Origin: a virus
Virus record (IMG/VR): IMGVR_UViG_3300046714_000360
Coordinates: 1-64,000 of that record
DNA length: 64,000 nt
Strand: one strand, 5' to 3'
Part shown: positions 42,796 through 51,829 of the stretch, piece after piece
How the letters are laid out: each line of letters begins with the position of its first letter
Position numbering within the stretch: the stretch's first letter is position 1
Made by a program: the position numbers and the translations under genes
Notes under the pieces: model-generated
Seen by the model: only the letters and a program-made list of their open reading frames with translations
What the model was told of the DNA's origin: nothing
Databases searched by the model: none

Positions 42796-44565
42796 TTGCC
42801 GATCACGTTAGTTCGTAAGAGTAAAAGCGCATACCGCGGGCCAGACCCTTACCAGGTAAAAGATCAGCTAGCAGGATTGCAGAATCTTTTACATGTGTGG
42901 GGGTCTGAGGCGTTCATGCGCTATTTCTTCTGGATCCTCCGCAAGCAGGAGAAACCAGATGCCAGTACTAAGGTTAAGGTCTCCCATGGTTGGAACAAAC
43001 GCCTAGTCCCATTCAGCTTAAATAAAATCCAGCGCGACATTAATGATCGTCTGCAAGAGCGCAACATCTGCTTGAAGGCTCGCCAAGTCGGTTATACAAC
43101 TTATTTTATTTTGCGTCGCCTTTGCCTGCCAGCGATCACCGAGCCTGGTGTAGGCTGCCTGCTTATCTCTCAAAACTCCGCATCTGTTGCTAAGCACTTT
43201 GATATCGTCAAGCGCACAGTTCGTTACATGGGTTGCCAAGATCCTTATGACCCAAAAGCTAACAAGGTGCACGATGAGCTGATGCAGCATCTTCTGCATA
43301 CGACCTATTCCAATAGACGAGAGATCATATTCGACCAGCTTGACTCTAGGATCATGACGGAGTCTGCTGAAGTAGAAGAGGCTGGCCAAGGTGTAACGTT
43401 GCACCACGTTGTCGCCTCTGAGGTTGCTCGCTGGGCTACCAGTCAGCAGTCTCGTTCTGGCGCACGCAGTTCAAAGCCAGAAGAAGTCCTAGCTAATGTG
43501 AAAGAGGCTATCGTGCTCGGCGGGACTCTCGATGAAGAGTCTACTGCTGATGGTATGGGTGGCTACTTCTATGAAGAGTGTATGCGCGCACGAGATGGAA
43601 GATCAGAGTTCAATTATTTCTTCCATGAATGGTGGTGGCATGAAGAGTATCGCTCGAAGATCGCTGCAGCACTTGACTCATTAGATGAGCGTGAGCAAGA
43701 GCTGCATGAGAAGATGGGTCTTGATCTATATCAGATCGGCTTCAGGCGTATCAAGCAGAAGTCACTCCGTCACAATTTTGAAGAGAAATATCCTGAAGAC
43801 GACATAACGTGTTTCCTGTTGTCAGGCAATGCGTTCTTTGATCGCGATATTATCGCTGCCAGATATAAAGAGGTCAGACTCGAGCCACCTATCGCTGAAC
43901 TGCGTAATGGTGAAGGTAAGATCTACATCAAACGTAAGAAGGGGCGTCGTTATCTAATCGGTGCTGACCCTGCAACAGGCAGGCAAGTTAACAGTGCTGA
44001 TACTGATTTCTGTGCAGCCGTTGTTATTGATATTGAGTCTGGAGAAGAGTGTGCCTCTTATAGAGCACGGTGTAGTCCTGAAGACTTCGCATATGATCTC
44101 GAGGAGCTCGGACGCACATACAACAATGCACTCATCTGTGTCGAACGTACAGGAGATGGTGGTACGTGTATCCTCACGCTACAGACACAGTGTCAGTATA
44201 CGAACATCTACAAGCACAAGGAGTGGTTCAAGAGGAACCGCGAGAAGCAGGTTGTAGAAGTTGATGGCTTCCCTACGTCCCCGAAGACGCGGCCTATCGC
44301 TCTGAACAAGCTGGCATGGTTCGTGCGGGAATATCCTGAGCTGCTTCATGACCAGACCTTCTTAGAAGAAGCGATGCGCTTCGTTCGCGACGAGAAAGGC
44401 AAACCAGCTGCAGCAGTAGGGAGCCACGATGATACCGTTTCAGCAAGATGGTGTGCGTATTATTGCAGAGAAGTAGTGCTCGGATATTTAGATCCTATGT
44501 CCTCCAAGAAACAGAAATATGGGGAAATTGAGGAGGATCTAGGGGAAGAAGTTGAGGCCGCTTAA
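42796..44565 (+). CDS. terL: terminase large subunit, 589 aa (TTG start)
   Basis: ARQVGYTTY ATPase motif region; LIGADPATG..DFCAAVVID and GSHDDTVSA nuclease motifs; AGGGAG SD. Confidence 0.85.
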   Translation: MPITLVRKSKSAYRGPDPYQVKDQLAGLQNLLHVWGSEAFMRYFFWILRKQEKPDASTKVKVSHGWNKRLVPFSLNKIQRDINDRLQERNICLKARQVGYTTYFILRRLCLPAITEPGVGCLLISQNSASVAKHFDIVKRTVRYMGCQDPYDPKANKVHDELMQHLLHTTYSNRREIIFDQLDSRIMTESAEVEEAGQGVTLHHVVASEVARWATSQQSRSGARSSKPEEVLANVKEAIVLGGTLDEESTADGMGGYFYEECMRARDGRSEFNYFFHEWWWHEEYRSKIAAALDSLDEREQELHEKMGLDLYQIGFRRIKQKSLRHNFEEKYPEDDITCFLLSGNAFFDRDIIAARYKEVRLEPPIAELRNGEGKIYIKRKKGRRYLIGADPATGRQVNSADTDFCAAVVIDIESGEECASYRARCSPEDFAYDLEELGRTYNNALICVERTGDGGTCILTLQTQCQYTNIYKHKEWFKRNREKQVVEVDGFPTSPKTRPIALNKLAWFVREYPELLHDQTFLEEAMRFVRDEKGKPAAAVGSHDDTVSARWCAYYCREVVLGYLDPMSSKKQKYGEIEEDLGEEVEAA

Positions 44566-44618
44566 ATATAGCTCTGAGGACACACTGTTTTCGGAGGATA
44601 ATAATTGCTAGATTTCTC

Positions 44619-44712
44619 TTGACTTGAGGACCGCGAAAACCTATACTATTCTTGGGTAGAGGGACTGTTCAAAAGAGGGTCGTCCAAACGGGCGGCCCTT
44701 TATCCTTTATAT
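44619..44712 (+). promoter_or_regulatory. conserved promoter-leader cassette, copy A
   Basis: TTGACT 44619-24, 17-nt spacer, TATACT 44642-47, ATTCTTGGGTAGAGGGACTG; 9-bp hairpin 44677-44698 then TTTATCCTTTATAT. Confidence 0.6.
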
Positions 44713-44758
44713 ACGTCGCTACATTCCCTGGCCCAATTTCTCCTATGAGGTGTTTCAA

Positions 44759-44977
44759 ATGGCTAAGACAAAATGTGAGATATGTTCTGTGTCTCTCAAG
44801 CGCGGCATGCGAGTCTGCTGCGAATGCAGCGAAGAGGTATGCGTCGTCGCTGACCGGTACAATCTTTCGTTCGCGGAAGGTGTTCAGAAAGTTCTCGACA
44901 TCCGAGAAACAAGTGCAATGGTTTCTCAAATGAATAGTGCCACCGTCCAGCGCCAGATTAAAAGAGGTGTGCGATGA
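44759..44977 (+). CDS. hypothetical zinc-ribbon protein, 72 aa
   Basis: GAGGTG SD; CEICS..CCECS. Confidence 0.55.
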   Translation: MAKTKCEICSVSLKRGMRVCCECSEEVCVVADRYNLSFAEGVQKVLDIRETSAMVSQMNSATVQRQIKRGVR

Positions 44978-45246
44978 ATGAGCAAATCAAGTTCATCGTT
45001 GGTATCGAGACCGTTCAGAAAGTCAGGAACGGTAGACGTTGGCGTGTCATTGGAAAAGGCAAGCCGAAGTTCGTTGCCAGTATGCGCTATGCAGAGACCG
45101 GTACAGATTTCAACAAGATCAGTCTCAGGAGTAAGGAAGAGGCTGCCGCATTCGGTAAGCTCCGCGCTGAAGAGATTGCTACTATCCTCCGCAGCAATCG
45201 TTGGGGCTTCAAGGATGTATTTATCGAAGCAAAGGTAGGTGCGTGA
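44974..45246 (+). CDS. hypothetical protein, 90 aa
   Basis: ATGA overlap; ORF track. Confidence 0.6.
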   Translation: MNEQIKFIVGIETVQKVRNGRRWRVIGKGKPKFVASMRYAETGTDFNKISLRSKEEAAAFGKLRAEEIATILRSNRWGFKDVFIEAKVGA

Positions 45247-45452
45247 TGTTGCATTGTACATGTCGAGCTTGCACTCGTACGTACCGAGAAGACAAAGCAA
45301 CTGCTGATTGGAAGGGCTATTGTAGCCAAAAGTGTATTCGGGAAAAGTTAAAAACTTTCGGGTACAACGCCAGCAAAGTTTTTAAAGAAGGTAAAGTTTA
45401 CAGGGTGCTCAAAGCACATGATGCGATTGGCTCCATTAAGGTAGGTGCATGA
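45246..45452 (+). CDS. hypothetical Cys-rich protein, 68 aa
   Basis: TGATG overlap; CTCRAC..CSQKC. Confidence 0.55.
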   Translation: MLHCTCRACTRTYREDKATADWKGYCSQKCIREKLKTFGYNASKVFKEGKVYRVLKAHDAIGSIKVGA

Positions 45453-45697
45453 TGACTTCCATTTTCGCGAACACACATTGGCTCAGTACGTTTCAAGGTG
45501 TAAAAGTTTCTTCACCACATAAGGCAGGTGCACTTACCGATTTGATGAATCGCGCTAAGCTTACAGATGAGCAGTTAGGCAAGCTAGCCCGTCGCTTATT
45601 TGTACGCGTTCCTCGCAAAGGGCTCGCAGAGATTGAAACTTGTGATTGCACAGACGGCCTTCACGCAGAAGTGAAATCAGAATTCGAGGGAGACTGA
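45449..45697 (+). CDS. hypothetical protein, 82 aa
   Basis: ATGATG overlap; ORF track. Confidence 0.55.
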   Translation: MMTSIFANTHWLSTFQGVKVSSPHKAGALTDLMNRAKLTDEQLGKLARRLFVRVPRKGLAEIETCDCTDGLHAEVKSEFEGD

Positions 45698-45698
45698 T

Positions 45699-45989
45699 AT
45701 GACACCGAGAACAGCAATGAAGAAAATCGCAGCAGCCTGCGTTGAAGTCAGGAAGCACAATCTGTCCGAGCTCAGTCTTCCGTTTGACGTCACTCGTCGT
45801 GAGCTGCAAACCATTAACAGGATAGTAGACCTCAAGATCGTAGATGCTCGGGCAGGTAAAACGCACAAAGGCAGTTTCCATCTAAAAGATGAGGATCTGA
45901 ATTTGTGGAAACTGAAAGCAGACGTGCGCGCATTGGAGCGTGCTTTCCTTCAAGTGCAGACCACCGCACAGTTGATTCACAAGCCGTAG
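45699..45989 (+). CDS. hypothetical protein, 96 aa
   Basis: GAGGGAG SD; ORF track. Confidence 0.55.
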   Translation: MTPRTAMKKIAAACVEVRKHNLSELSLPFDVTRRELQTINRIVDLKIVDARAGKTHKGSFHLKDEDLNLWKLKADVRALERAFLQVQTTAQLIHKP

Positions 45990-46015
45990 AAAGAAAATTC
46001 TCCTTTATTGAGGTC

Positions 46016-46243
46016 ATGGCCATGAAACAAGAATCAAAGCTCACAGTAGCCAATGCGATGGAAGCCGAGCTCAGAACTTATTGCTACATCGTCAGCCACA
46101 GCCGTTCAAACAGTACGCGGGCATTTAATCCCGCACCCAACAAGACAGTGCGGCAGGCTGACTGCAGTCCTGCCCTCACCGAACAGCGGAAGCGTTACGA
46201 ACAGCAATCAGTTCATGACCCCGTCCGCGTGCTGAGGTTTTAA
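46016..46243 (+). CDS. hypothetical protein, 75 aa
   Basis: Internal ATG46016 of track ORF 45905-46243, preceded by GAGG. Confidence 0.45.
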   Translation: MAMKQESKLTVANAMEAELRTYCYIVSHSRSNSTRAFNPAPNKTVRQADCSPALTEQRKRYEQQSVHDPVRVLRF

Positions 46244-46512
46244 TGGAACACACGCACGCAACTTCTCACAGGCTCAGCCCTCGACTGCTGGCAAAAGATT
46301 GTGAGGCAGCCTACACTAATGCAGTGATGGCGTTAGCACTTTATGGTAGCGTAGACGGTTGCCCGTGGTGGGCAGTGCCCGTCGGCGGGAAGCGTTGGTT
46401 GCGTATCACAAACATTCGGAAGAAAGGCTTGCACATTCAAGCTTACTTCCGCAACACAAACATGTGGCGTTACGTTGAAGGCTTCTCTTGTATAAGAGGA
46501 GATGAGGATTGA
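46243..46512 (+). CDS. hypothetical protein, 89 aa
   Basis: TAATG overlap; ORF track. Confidence 0.55.
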   Translation: MEHTHATSHRLSPRLLAKDCEAAYTNAVMALALYGSVDGCPWWAVPVGGKRWLRITNIRKKGLHIQAYFRNTNMWRYVEGFSCIRGDED

Positions 46513-46513
46513 T

Positions 46514-46822
46514 ATGACACAAGAAGAGTTCGATGCCCTTAAGGTAGGGCAGTTTGTAGAACTGCTCAGCCTTGCGTTGCAGCCGACAGGCCGTCGTGGC
46601 AAGATCGTTCACATACCACCACGTGGTGGTATTTACGTTGCGAATCTTTACCCTGATGCATCCAAGCCGCAGTTCATCGATAACCATCGACGAGTTGCCA
46701 TCGCTGTTCCGACAGGTTATGTGCCATCCGAGCTTGATGACTTGTGCAAGCTGTACTGGTCGTTAGATGCGCACAAGCAGCATGTCATTAAGGAGGTACT
46801 ATGCCAGCCAGTCGGGATGTAA
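46514..46822 (+). CDS. hypothetical protein, 102 aa
   Basis: ATG46514 begins 1 nt after upstream TGA; AGAGGAG upstream. Confidence 0.55.
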   Translation: MTQEEFDALKVGQFVELLSLALQPTGRRGKIVHIPPRGGIYVANLYPDASKPQFIDNHRRVAIAVPTGYVPSELDDLCKLYWSLDAHKQHVIKEVLCQPVGM

Positions 46823-46974
46823 TCAAAGTCATCGCCGCCACGCTTATCAAGGAGTTAGGCAAGGATGTCGCTAAGCGAGTTGTCAATAGCATTCACGCTA
46901 AGGTGATGGAAGTGAACGGCTCCAGTTCAGTTGCCAAAACATTCATCGCCTTGTATCGTGAAGTGAAGAAGTAA
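46801..46974 (+). CDS. hypothetical protein, 57 aa (below track cutoff)
   Basis: Hand-read ATG46801..TAA46974; AAGGAGG SD. Confidence 0.45.
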   Translation: MPASRDVIKVIAATLIKELGKDVAKRVVNSIHAKVMEVNGSSSVAKTFIALYREVKK

Positions 46975-46999
46975 TCTTGTAACAAGAAAGGTATCTCCT

Positions 47000-47560
47000 A
47001 TGAATATGCAATCTGGCTTGCACATTTTCCGTGATAAGTATTACACTGCGCGCCACTCAGTTCTGCGTGTTGCAAAATTGTTTGGTGGTCAGCTACCCAT
47101 CCTTGAGATAGTACGCCGTCCCTTCTATGAGGTGACAGAAGGCTTTTTTGGTGAGACATTTCATTATCTCGGGCTACCTATGGTGGTAGCTTGCACTCAC
47201 TGCCAAATGACGCATACGTTCTTTAGCACCTGGGTTGATGAACAAAGACGTTTCTTCTGTACATTTTGTGGGCTTGCTGCTCAGCATGAACACACAATGG
47301 CCCAGCCACCCGCATTGGCTACAGACCCGCGGGTTACTCTCATTGCCAACACGCTGCTCGCTATTCGCAAGCACGAAAGCTTCATCGCAGATGAGATAAG
47401 CGCATTCGATGCACCTAGTGAATGTGCATCTTTGTTGTACAAGACTATAAGGAAAGACATCCTGCAGGCGTTCATCGACAATAAAATGACACAGGAGGAG
47501 TTCGATGCAGGCCTCCGTGCCAAGATCAGTCACAAAGCTGCCTATCAATTAGGCCTTTAA
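47000..47560 (+). CDS. hypothetical zinc-ribbon protein, 186 aa
   Basis: ORF track; CTHCQ..CTFCG. Confidence 0.6.
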   Translation: MNMQSGLHIFRDKYYTARHSVLRVAKLFGGQLPILEIVRRPFYEVTEGFFGETFHYLGLPMVVACTHCQMTHTFFSTWVDEQRRFFCTFCGLAAQHEHTMAQPPALATDPRVTLIANTLLAIRKHESFIADEISAFDAPSECASLLYKTIRKDILQAFIDNKMTQEEFDAGLRAKISHKAAYQLGL

Positions 47561-47570
47561 GGAGAAAGCG

Positions 47571-48275
47571 ATGTCAGAGCAAGCGAAAGTAAAACGACCC
47601 AAACGTACATTCGACATCAGTTCTACTCAAGGTAGCCTCGATGCTGAGGCAGAACGTGGAAGACTTTACAAGTGGATGATGCAGACCTGGTCGCCTACAC
47701 AGCGCTACGAGTATCTCGTACGCTCCGGTTGGCAGCGCTTAGGCAAAACCGTCACAGATGGTCTGCATGTGAAGAAGGCGTTCATTACCATCCAATGGGA
47801 GATGCCTGCAGCCTACTTGCAGAATTTCAGGGCCAAAGACAGGATCTGGAATCAGACGCGCGCAATACTGATCCAGATTTGGTGGGACATGGAAGACAAT
47901 GGGTTTATCACATACCCGGGAAAGGTGCAGATTACTAAGACTGCAAGAGACTTGATGGCTGTCATCAATCCTCGGGAGCCGATGGACAAGGAGCCTATTC
48001 AAGGAGACACACTAGACTTGTTCAGTGTTCTCGACTACAATCTTGCTGATCATCTGCGCGGGTACTGCATGCAGCCGAACACATTCACACAGTTCGATTC
48101 AACGACCGGGAAGTATTACTGGGATTGGGAGAAGGAGGTTGCCACACCTGCTCTTCAGGTCAAAGGCTTTCAGGTGCTAGGTGTTGTGAACTTAGACGCA
48201 GACAGCTTCGGACCATTGGTGCGCGCTTTCATCGTCGAGAAAGAAGGAAGGAAATCAAAATTGGTTTACGGATAG
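47571..48275 (+). CDS. hypothetical protein, 234 aa
   Basis: TAAGGAG SD; ORF track. Confidence 0.65.
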   Translation: MSEQAKVKRPKRTFDISSTQGSLDAEAERGRLYKWMMQTWSPTQRYEYLVRSGWQRLGKTVTDGLHVKKAFITIQWEMPAAYLQNFRAKDRIWNQTRAILIQIWWDMEDNGFITYPGKVQITKTARDLMAVINPREPMDKEPIQGDTLDLFSVLDYNLADHLRGYCMQPNTFTQFDSTTGKYYWDWEKEVATPALQVKGFQVLGVVNLDADSFGPLVRAFIVEKEGRKSKLVYG

Positions 48276-48326
48276 AGTTCAGTCTGAGTACGTAACCCCC
48301 TTGCGTACTTAATACTGGAAGGCGTA

Positions 48327-48441
48327 GTGCTTGATTGCTGCGCCTGCTACTTTGGAGTGTGCCCAACAGTTTCATGTGGGAATGCCGGCGGTAGTCGGAA
48401 CACGTGCTTAGGGAACCAAAGTAGCAGGGACAGCAATCAGC
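48327..48441 (+). promoter_or_regulatory. 5' UTR long-range hairpin (repeat family with 49320-49349)
   Basis: TGATTGCTG-CG-CCTGCTACTTTGG (48332-55) pairs with CCAAAGTAGCAGG-GA-CAGCAATCA (48416-39): 9 + 13 bp around a 2x2 internal loop, 60-nt apical region. Confidence 0.5.
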
Positions 48442-48461
48442 TAGTCCACAAGGAGAAACAA

Positions 48462-49175
48462 ATGAAGACGATGTTTCGCTTAGGTGTAATTATGGCAGCG
48501 CTGTTTGTTGCCTTCAACATTGTGTTGCTTGGTTGTGGCGGTGGACCTGCAGGTCCAGGCAGCGGTGGTGGTGGAGGCACTCCTGGAAAGCCAGCAGCCT
48601 TCTTTTCGTTCAATCCATTGGGCCATCAAGGCGGCCTGCACCCGACAATTGCACATTCGAAAGTGGCGACTACTTATTCCATTCATCATGGTGAGTTGCT
48701 AGTAGAAGCTGCTACAAACTTCTCTGCCGCAGGGAGCTACAACGGCAATTGCGCAAAGATGCCGAATGTCACATTCCCAGGAATGTATATGAATGGCGCT
48801 GGCAGTCCTTTCGGGTCAAACGATTGTGCCGCCAATTTTACTAATAGTACAGCTGCAGGTATTTGCGATACAGTTGTAGGCGACGGTACTTTGCAGAATC
48901 TTATTATCACAGGCTCTGGTGGTGCCTTTAGCAATAGCGGGCACATCCAGGTCATCGTATTTGTTGCCCAGAAAGATGTTGGTGGCAACATTACTGGATT
49001 TGTCAAAACGACGACGCCATTGCAAGCTACTCTTGGTTTGAACCCACGGGTAGATGACGATGTCAATTCCTTTGCAGTGCACGACAAGGACACAGTGTGT
49101 ATGACCATCGATGCACTTAGTAGTGATTCACTTAACAATGTGAAAGCAATGGTGTTCAAAACTGTTGCTCCTTAG
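48462..49175 (+). CDS. lipoprotein, 237 aa
   Basis: AAGGAG SD; MKTMFRLGVIMAALFVAFNIVLLGC lipobox LLGC, then a Gly-rich linker. Confidence 0.7.
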   Translation: MKTMFRLGVIMAALFVAFNIVLLGCGGGPAGPGSGGGGGTPGKPAAFFSFNPLGHQGGLHPTIAHSKVATTYSIHHGELLVEAATNFSAAGSYNGNCAKMPNVTFPGMYMNGAGSPFGSNDCAANFTNSTAAGICDTVVGDGTLQNLIITGSGGAFSNSGHIQVIVFVAQKDVGGNITGFVKTTTPLQATLGLNPRVDDDVNSFAVHDKDTVCMTIDALSSDSLNNVKAMVFKTVAP

Positions 49176-49319
49176 GTCTTGCCTCTCGTAGTCGCTACAA
49201 CCAGATAATGCTGTTGAGCATATACGCGGGAGATCACAAGAGGCACAGATTACTGTGCCTGCTGCAATCAATCGTTCCAGCGACGCCTAGGAGACGTTGC
49301 GCCATCTTAGCCATAGGTG

Positions 49320-49349
49320 GTGCTTGATTGCAGCAGGGACAGTAATCGA
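49320..49349 (+). promoter_or_regulatory. short version of the 48327 5' UTR element, abutting the SD
   Basis: GTGCTTGATTGC + AGCAGGGACAGTAATCGA matches both ends of the 48327-48441 element; 8-bp hairpin with two G-U pairs. Confidence 0.4.
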
Positions 49350-49361
49350 AGGAGGAGATGT

Positions 49362-49661
49362 ATGTCAATATCAGCTACTGAATTAGCAAGTTTACGTAGT
49401 ATCACCGACCGCAGCCTTGGTACCTTATGGAAGGTAGCCATTATGCCAGAGCGTGCAGCAGATACAGATCCTGCTTGGCGGCATGCTGTGTATCTAGAAA
49501 TTAAAAGGCGTTATGGTAGTCTCTCTGAATTTCACCGCAAGATTGAAGCCAGCGGTGTTTTCATCGATCAGCAATTGTACAGGGAAGCAGTAGCACATGA
49601 AGAAGAGGTTAGGAGGTTGTATGAGTCGCATGCTCGACAGGTTGCTTCGTATTATGAGTGA
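49362..49661 (+). CDS. hypothetical protein, 99 aa
   Basis: AAGGAGGAG SD before ATG49362. Confidence 0.55.
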   Translation: MSISATELASLRSITDRSLGTLWKVAIMPERAADTDPAWRHAVYLEIKRRYGSLSEFHRKIEASGVFIDQQLYREAVAHEEEVRRLYESHARQVASYYE

Positions 49662-50613
49662 GGGCGCTTTGAAGCAAGCCATCGCTCAGAAGGATCTCGA
49701 AATCATCGACGGTTCCAATGTGGCTCAGTATATGTGGTCAGGTGTGAAGCCAGGTTGGGATTTGATCGGTGATGTGCCGAACATCGCACCACCGTTCCCC
49801 AGGATGTGGATTGAGTGTAGGGCACCCAACATCGGTAAGACGCCCGATGGCAAGACATTCTCGATTGACAGGACTCACATACCAGGAACGTGGGGCTTGT
49901 ACATTCAAGCGGAGTTGATCGCTGACATCCAGGCGAGGGAAGTATCTTCAACAGAAGGGCAGTATGTGCCAGCTGCCGACGCAGAAGGTGCCAAATGGTT
50001 ATTGTTCTGTGTCTTGTACGCGGAGGCTGAGCACCAACGACCTGATGGTCCGTTGCACGCATGGTGGTTGCCTGTGGGGGCAGATGGTCGCATCATTATG
50101 AAACGCGCAGAAGACGGTTCCACAAGGCCGTATTTCAAGACCTCTATGCTGAATCCTGATGCAACTAATGAGGAGATCAGTGCAGCAGAGTTTTTCTGGT
50201 TGCTGCCTTTCATCACTTGTATGATGACCATTTCATTCATGCATTGCAAGAATGTCAAACAGCTAGTACAGACTCCGCCACCCAAAGCAATGAGGGAGGC
50301 AAAGAAGGCCTATGGACGAGAGTTAGTCGCCTACAAGGTGTTGCAAATCGAACCCATGAAACGCGTGCTATTACATGAGGGTGCAGCAGGTACCAAAGGC
50401 ATTCAGCATGCACTCAGTGTGTGCCGTGGCCACTTCAAAACTTTCGAGCAGAAGGGCTTGTTCGGAAAATATACAGGGACGTTTTGGTGGGCCGACCACG
50501 CACGTGGGCTTGCTGAAAAAGGAACTGTAGTTCATGACTATGAGGTGCATCCACCTAGAGAGGAGGCAACAGTTGCAAAAGAAGCAGCTCCGTTTAGCGG
50601 TCAGGATTACTGA
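49621..50613 (+). CDS. hypothetical protein, 330 aa
   Basis: AGGAGG SD before ATG49621; ORF track 49597-50613. Confidence 0.65.
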   Translation: MSRMLDRLLRIMSEGALKQAIAQKDLEIIDGSNVAQYMWSGVKPGWDLIGDVPNIAPPFPRMWIECRAPNIGKTPDGKTFSIDRTHIPGTWGLYIQAELIADIQAREVSSTEGQYVPAADAEGAKWLLFCVLYAEAEHQRPDGPLHAWWLPVGADGRIIMKRAEDGSTRPYFKTSMLNPDATNEEISAAEFFWLLPFITCMMTISFMHCKNVKQLVQTPPPKAMREAKKAYGRELVAYKVLQIEPMKRVLLHEGAAGTKGIQHALSVCRGHFKTFEQKGLFGKYTGTFWWADHARGLAEKGTVVHDYEVHPPREEATVAKEAAPFSGQDY

Positions 50614-50803
50614 AGCCACTGATGAGGTGCGCCATGCATCTTTGAAACGTAGGAAGAAGCTCGCGCTTGATACTCGAGAAGGACGTGAGAAGTATCTTGA
50701 GGATGTTGTTACACGGCATGACCTCTGGGGTACGAGCGTTGAAAACTATTTCAGGTTGAAAGCACTTTGCCTGATGAAACGAAAGGAGGTCTCGATTGTC
50801 TGA
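50573..50803 (+). CDS. hypothetical protein, 76 aa (TTG start; track start 50534)
   Basis: GAGGAGG 6 nt upstream of TTG50573. Confidence 0.4.
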   Translation: MQKKQLRLAVRITEATDEVRHASLKRRKKLALDTREGREKYLEDVVTRHDLWGTSVENYFRLKALCLMKRKEVSIV

Positions 50804-51059
50804 GCCTCACTTTGTAAAACGTCTTGTGGAGTTGCGGCAAGGTCGTGATTCATTCAGTGGATGGCGTTTGTGTTATAAAGAAGGTTGTAGAATTGTAAAG
50901 TGGTTGAACCCTGCTACATACCCTTATGATAAAGAAGTTAAATGTGTCTGCGGAGAAAAGCTTACGCCGCTGCTTGATCGTGAGTTAGAGTACTATGTTA
51001 AGCAGTACCACGAGATGTGTGATACTGCCCACAAGTTCTTTCAGCTACTTGGGAGATAG
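50796..51059 (+). CDS. hypothetical protein, 87 aa (TTG start)
   Basis: AAAGGAGG SD; ORF track. Confidence 0.5.
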   Translation: MSEPHFVKRLVELRQGRDSFSGWRLCYKEGCRIVKWLNPATYPYDKEVKCVCGEKLTPLLDRELEYYVKQYHEMCDTAHKFFQLLGR

Positions 51060-51110
51060 TTCTTAGTTCAGCAAATCAAAAAGCACTGCGGTGCTATAAG
51101 GAGATGTAAC

Positions 51111-51419
51111 ATGAAAAGCACTACAAAGAAAGTTGTCAAGAAAGCCATCACCAACGCCAGCGGGAAAGTCGCAGGCATTTACCAGCATGACAGCGCCATG
51201 GGTCAGCTTACTCTTGCTCTCAGCGACGAGAAGCCCAAGACCGAACAGCAGTTGAAGAAGGCAGCACAAGGTGCTGACCTCAAGCAGCGGTTGTTCTATA
51301 TCGGTGCCCATGGCAAAGAAAAGAAGCTTTGGGTGCTGACGAAGAAAGATGACAAGGTTCAGCTAAAGTTGACCGCTGCCGGTAAGAAAGCGTTGGCTTC
51401 TAATAAGAAGACAGCGTAA
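51111..51419 (+). CDS. Lys-rich hypothetical protein, 102 aa
   Basis: TAAGGAG SD; followed by 8-bp hairpin TTGCGGGC/GCCCGCAA. Confidence 0.6.
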   Translation: MKSTTKKVVKKAITNASGKVAGIYQHDSAMGQLTLALSDEKPKTEQQLKKAAQGADLKQRLFYIGAHGKEKKLWVLTKKDDKVQLKLTAAGKKALASNKKTA

Positions 51420-51496
51420 CTGTTCACTTTGCGGGCCAGAGAACTAGACTAGCCCGCAAGCCTGAGCAGTTAACTTGTATGTTATGGAGGTAGCAC

Positions 51497-51808
51497 ATGA
51501 CCACTCGTAAGAAGAAAGCTAACAAAAAGAAAGTCAACAAGAAGCCAGCCCCCAAGAAAAAGAAAGGCTCGAAAAAGAAAGCAGTTCACGAACCAAAGCC
51601 GCCAGCAGGCACCGGTGGTGTTCCGCATGGAGCCGGTGCAGGTGCTCTCAGTGGTGATGGAGGCCCTGGTATAAGTGATCCTCCTGTTGAACATGACATT
51701 TCAGAAGAGGATGATGACGAAGAGAATGCACCTTACGCAGGTGATGACTTTGAAGAAGACGAGGAAGAAGAGGACGTTGACTACTCTGGAGATCTTGAAG
51801 ATCTATAA
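51497..51808 (+). CDS. bipolar protein: poly-Lys N-half, poly-Asp/Glu C-half, 103 aa
   Basis: GGAGG SD; TTRKKKANKKKVNKKPAPKKKKGSKKK .. EEDDDEEN..DDFEEDEEEEDVDYSGDLEDL. Confidence 0.6.
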   Translation: MTTRKKKANKKKVNKKPAPKKKKGSKKKAVHEPKPPAGTGGVPHGAGAGALSGDGGPGISDPPVEHDISEEDDDEENAPYAGDDFEEDEEEEDVDYSGDLEDL

Positions 51809-51829
51809 GCATATGGCGCGGTTGCCGCG

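Noticed and set aside
44652-44933. The 93-aa ORF starting in the conserved leader of promoter copy A
   Set aside because: It begins at the TTG inside the conserved GGGTAGAGGGACTG block, runs through the leader hairpin, and overlaps the better-supported zinc-ribbon ORF 44759-44977, which has a GAGGTG SD. The equivalent frames in copies B-D stop after 6-16 codons. I kept it only as the leaderless micro-ORF alternative in the cassette finding.
45232-45454. The repeated junction AAGGTAGGTGC(G/A)TGATG (45232-45248 and 45438-45454), with both upstream proteins ending in KVGA
   Set aside because: The repeat is real, but it is readily explained as a shared SD/stop/start coupling signal or a small local duplication. 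Nothing further is supported.
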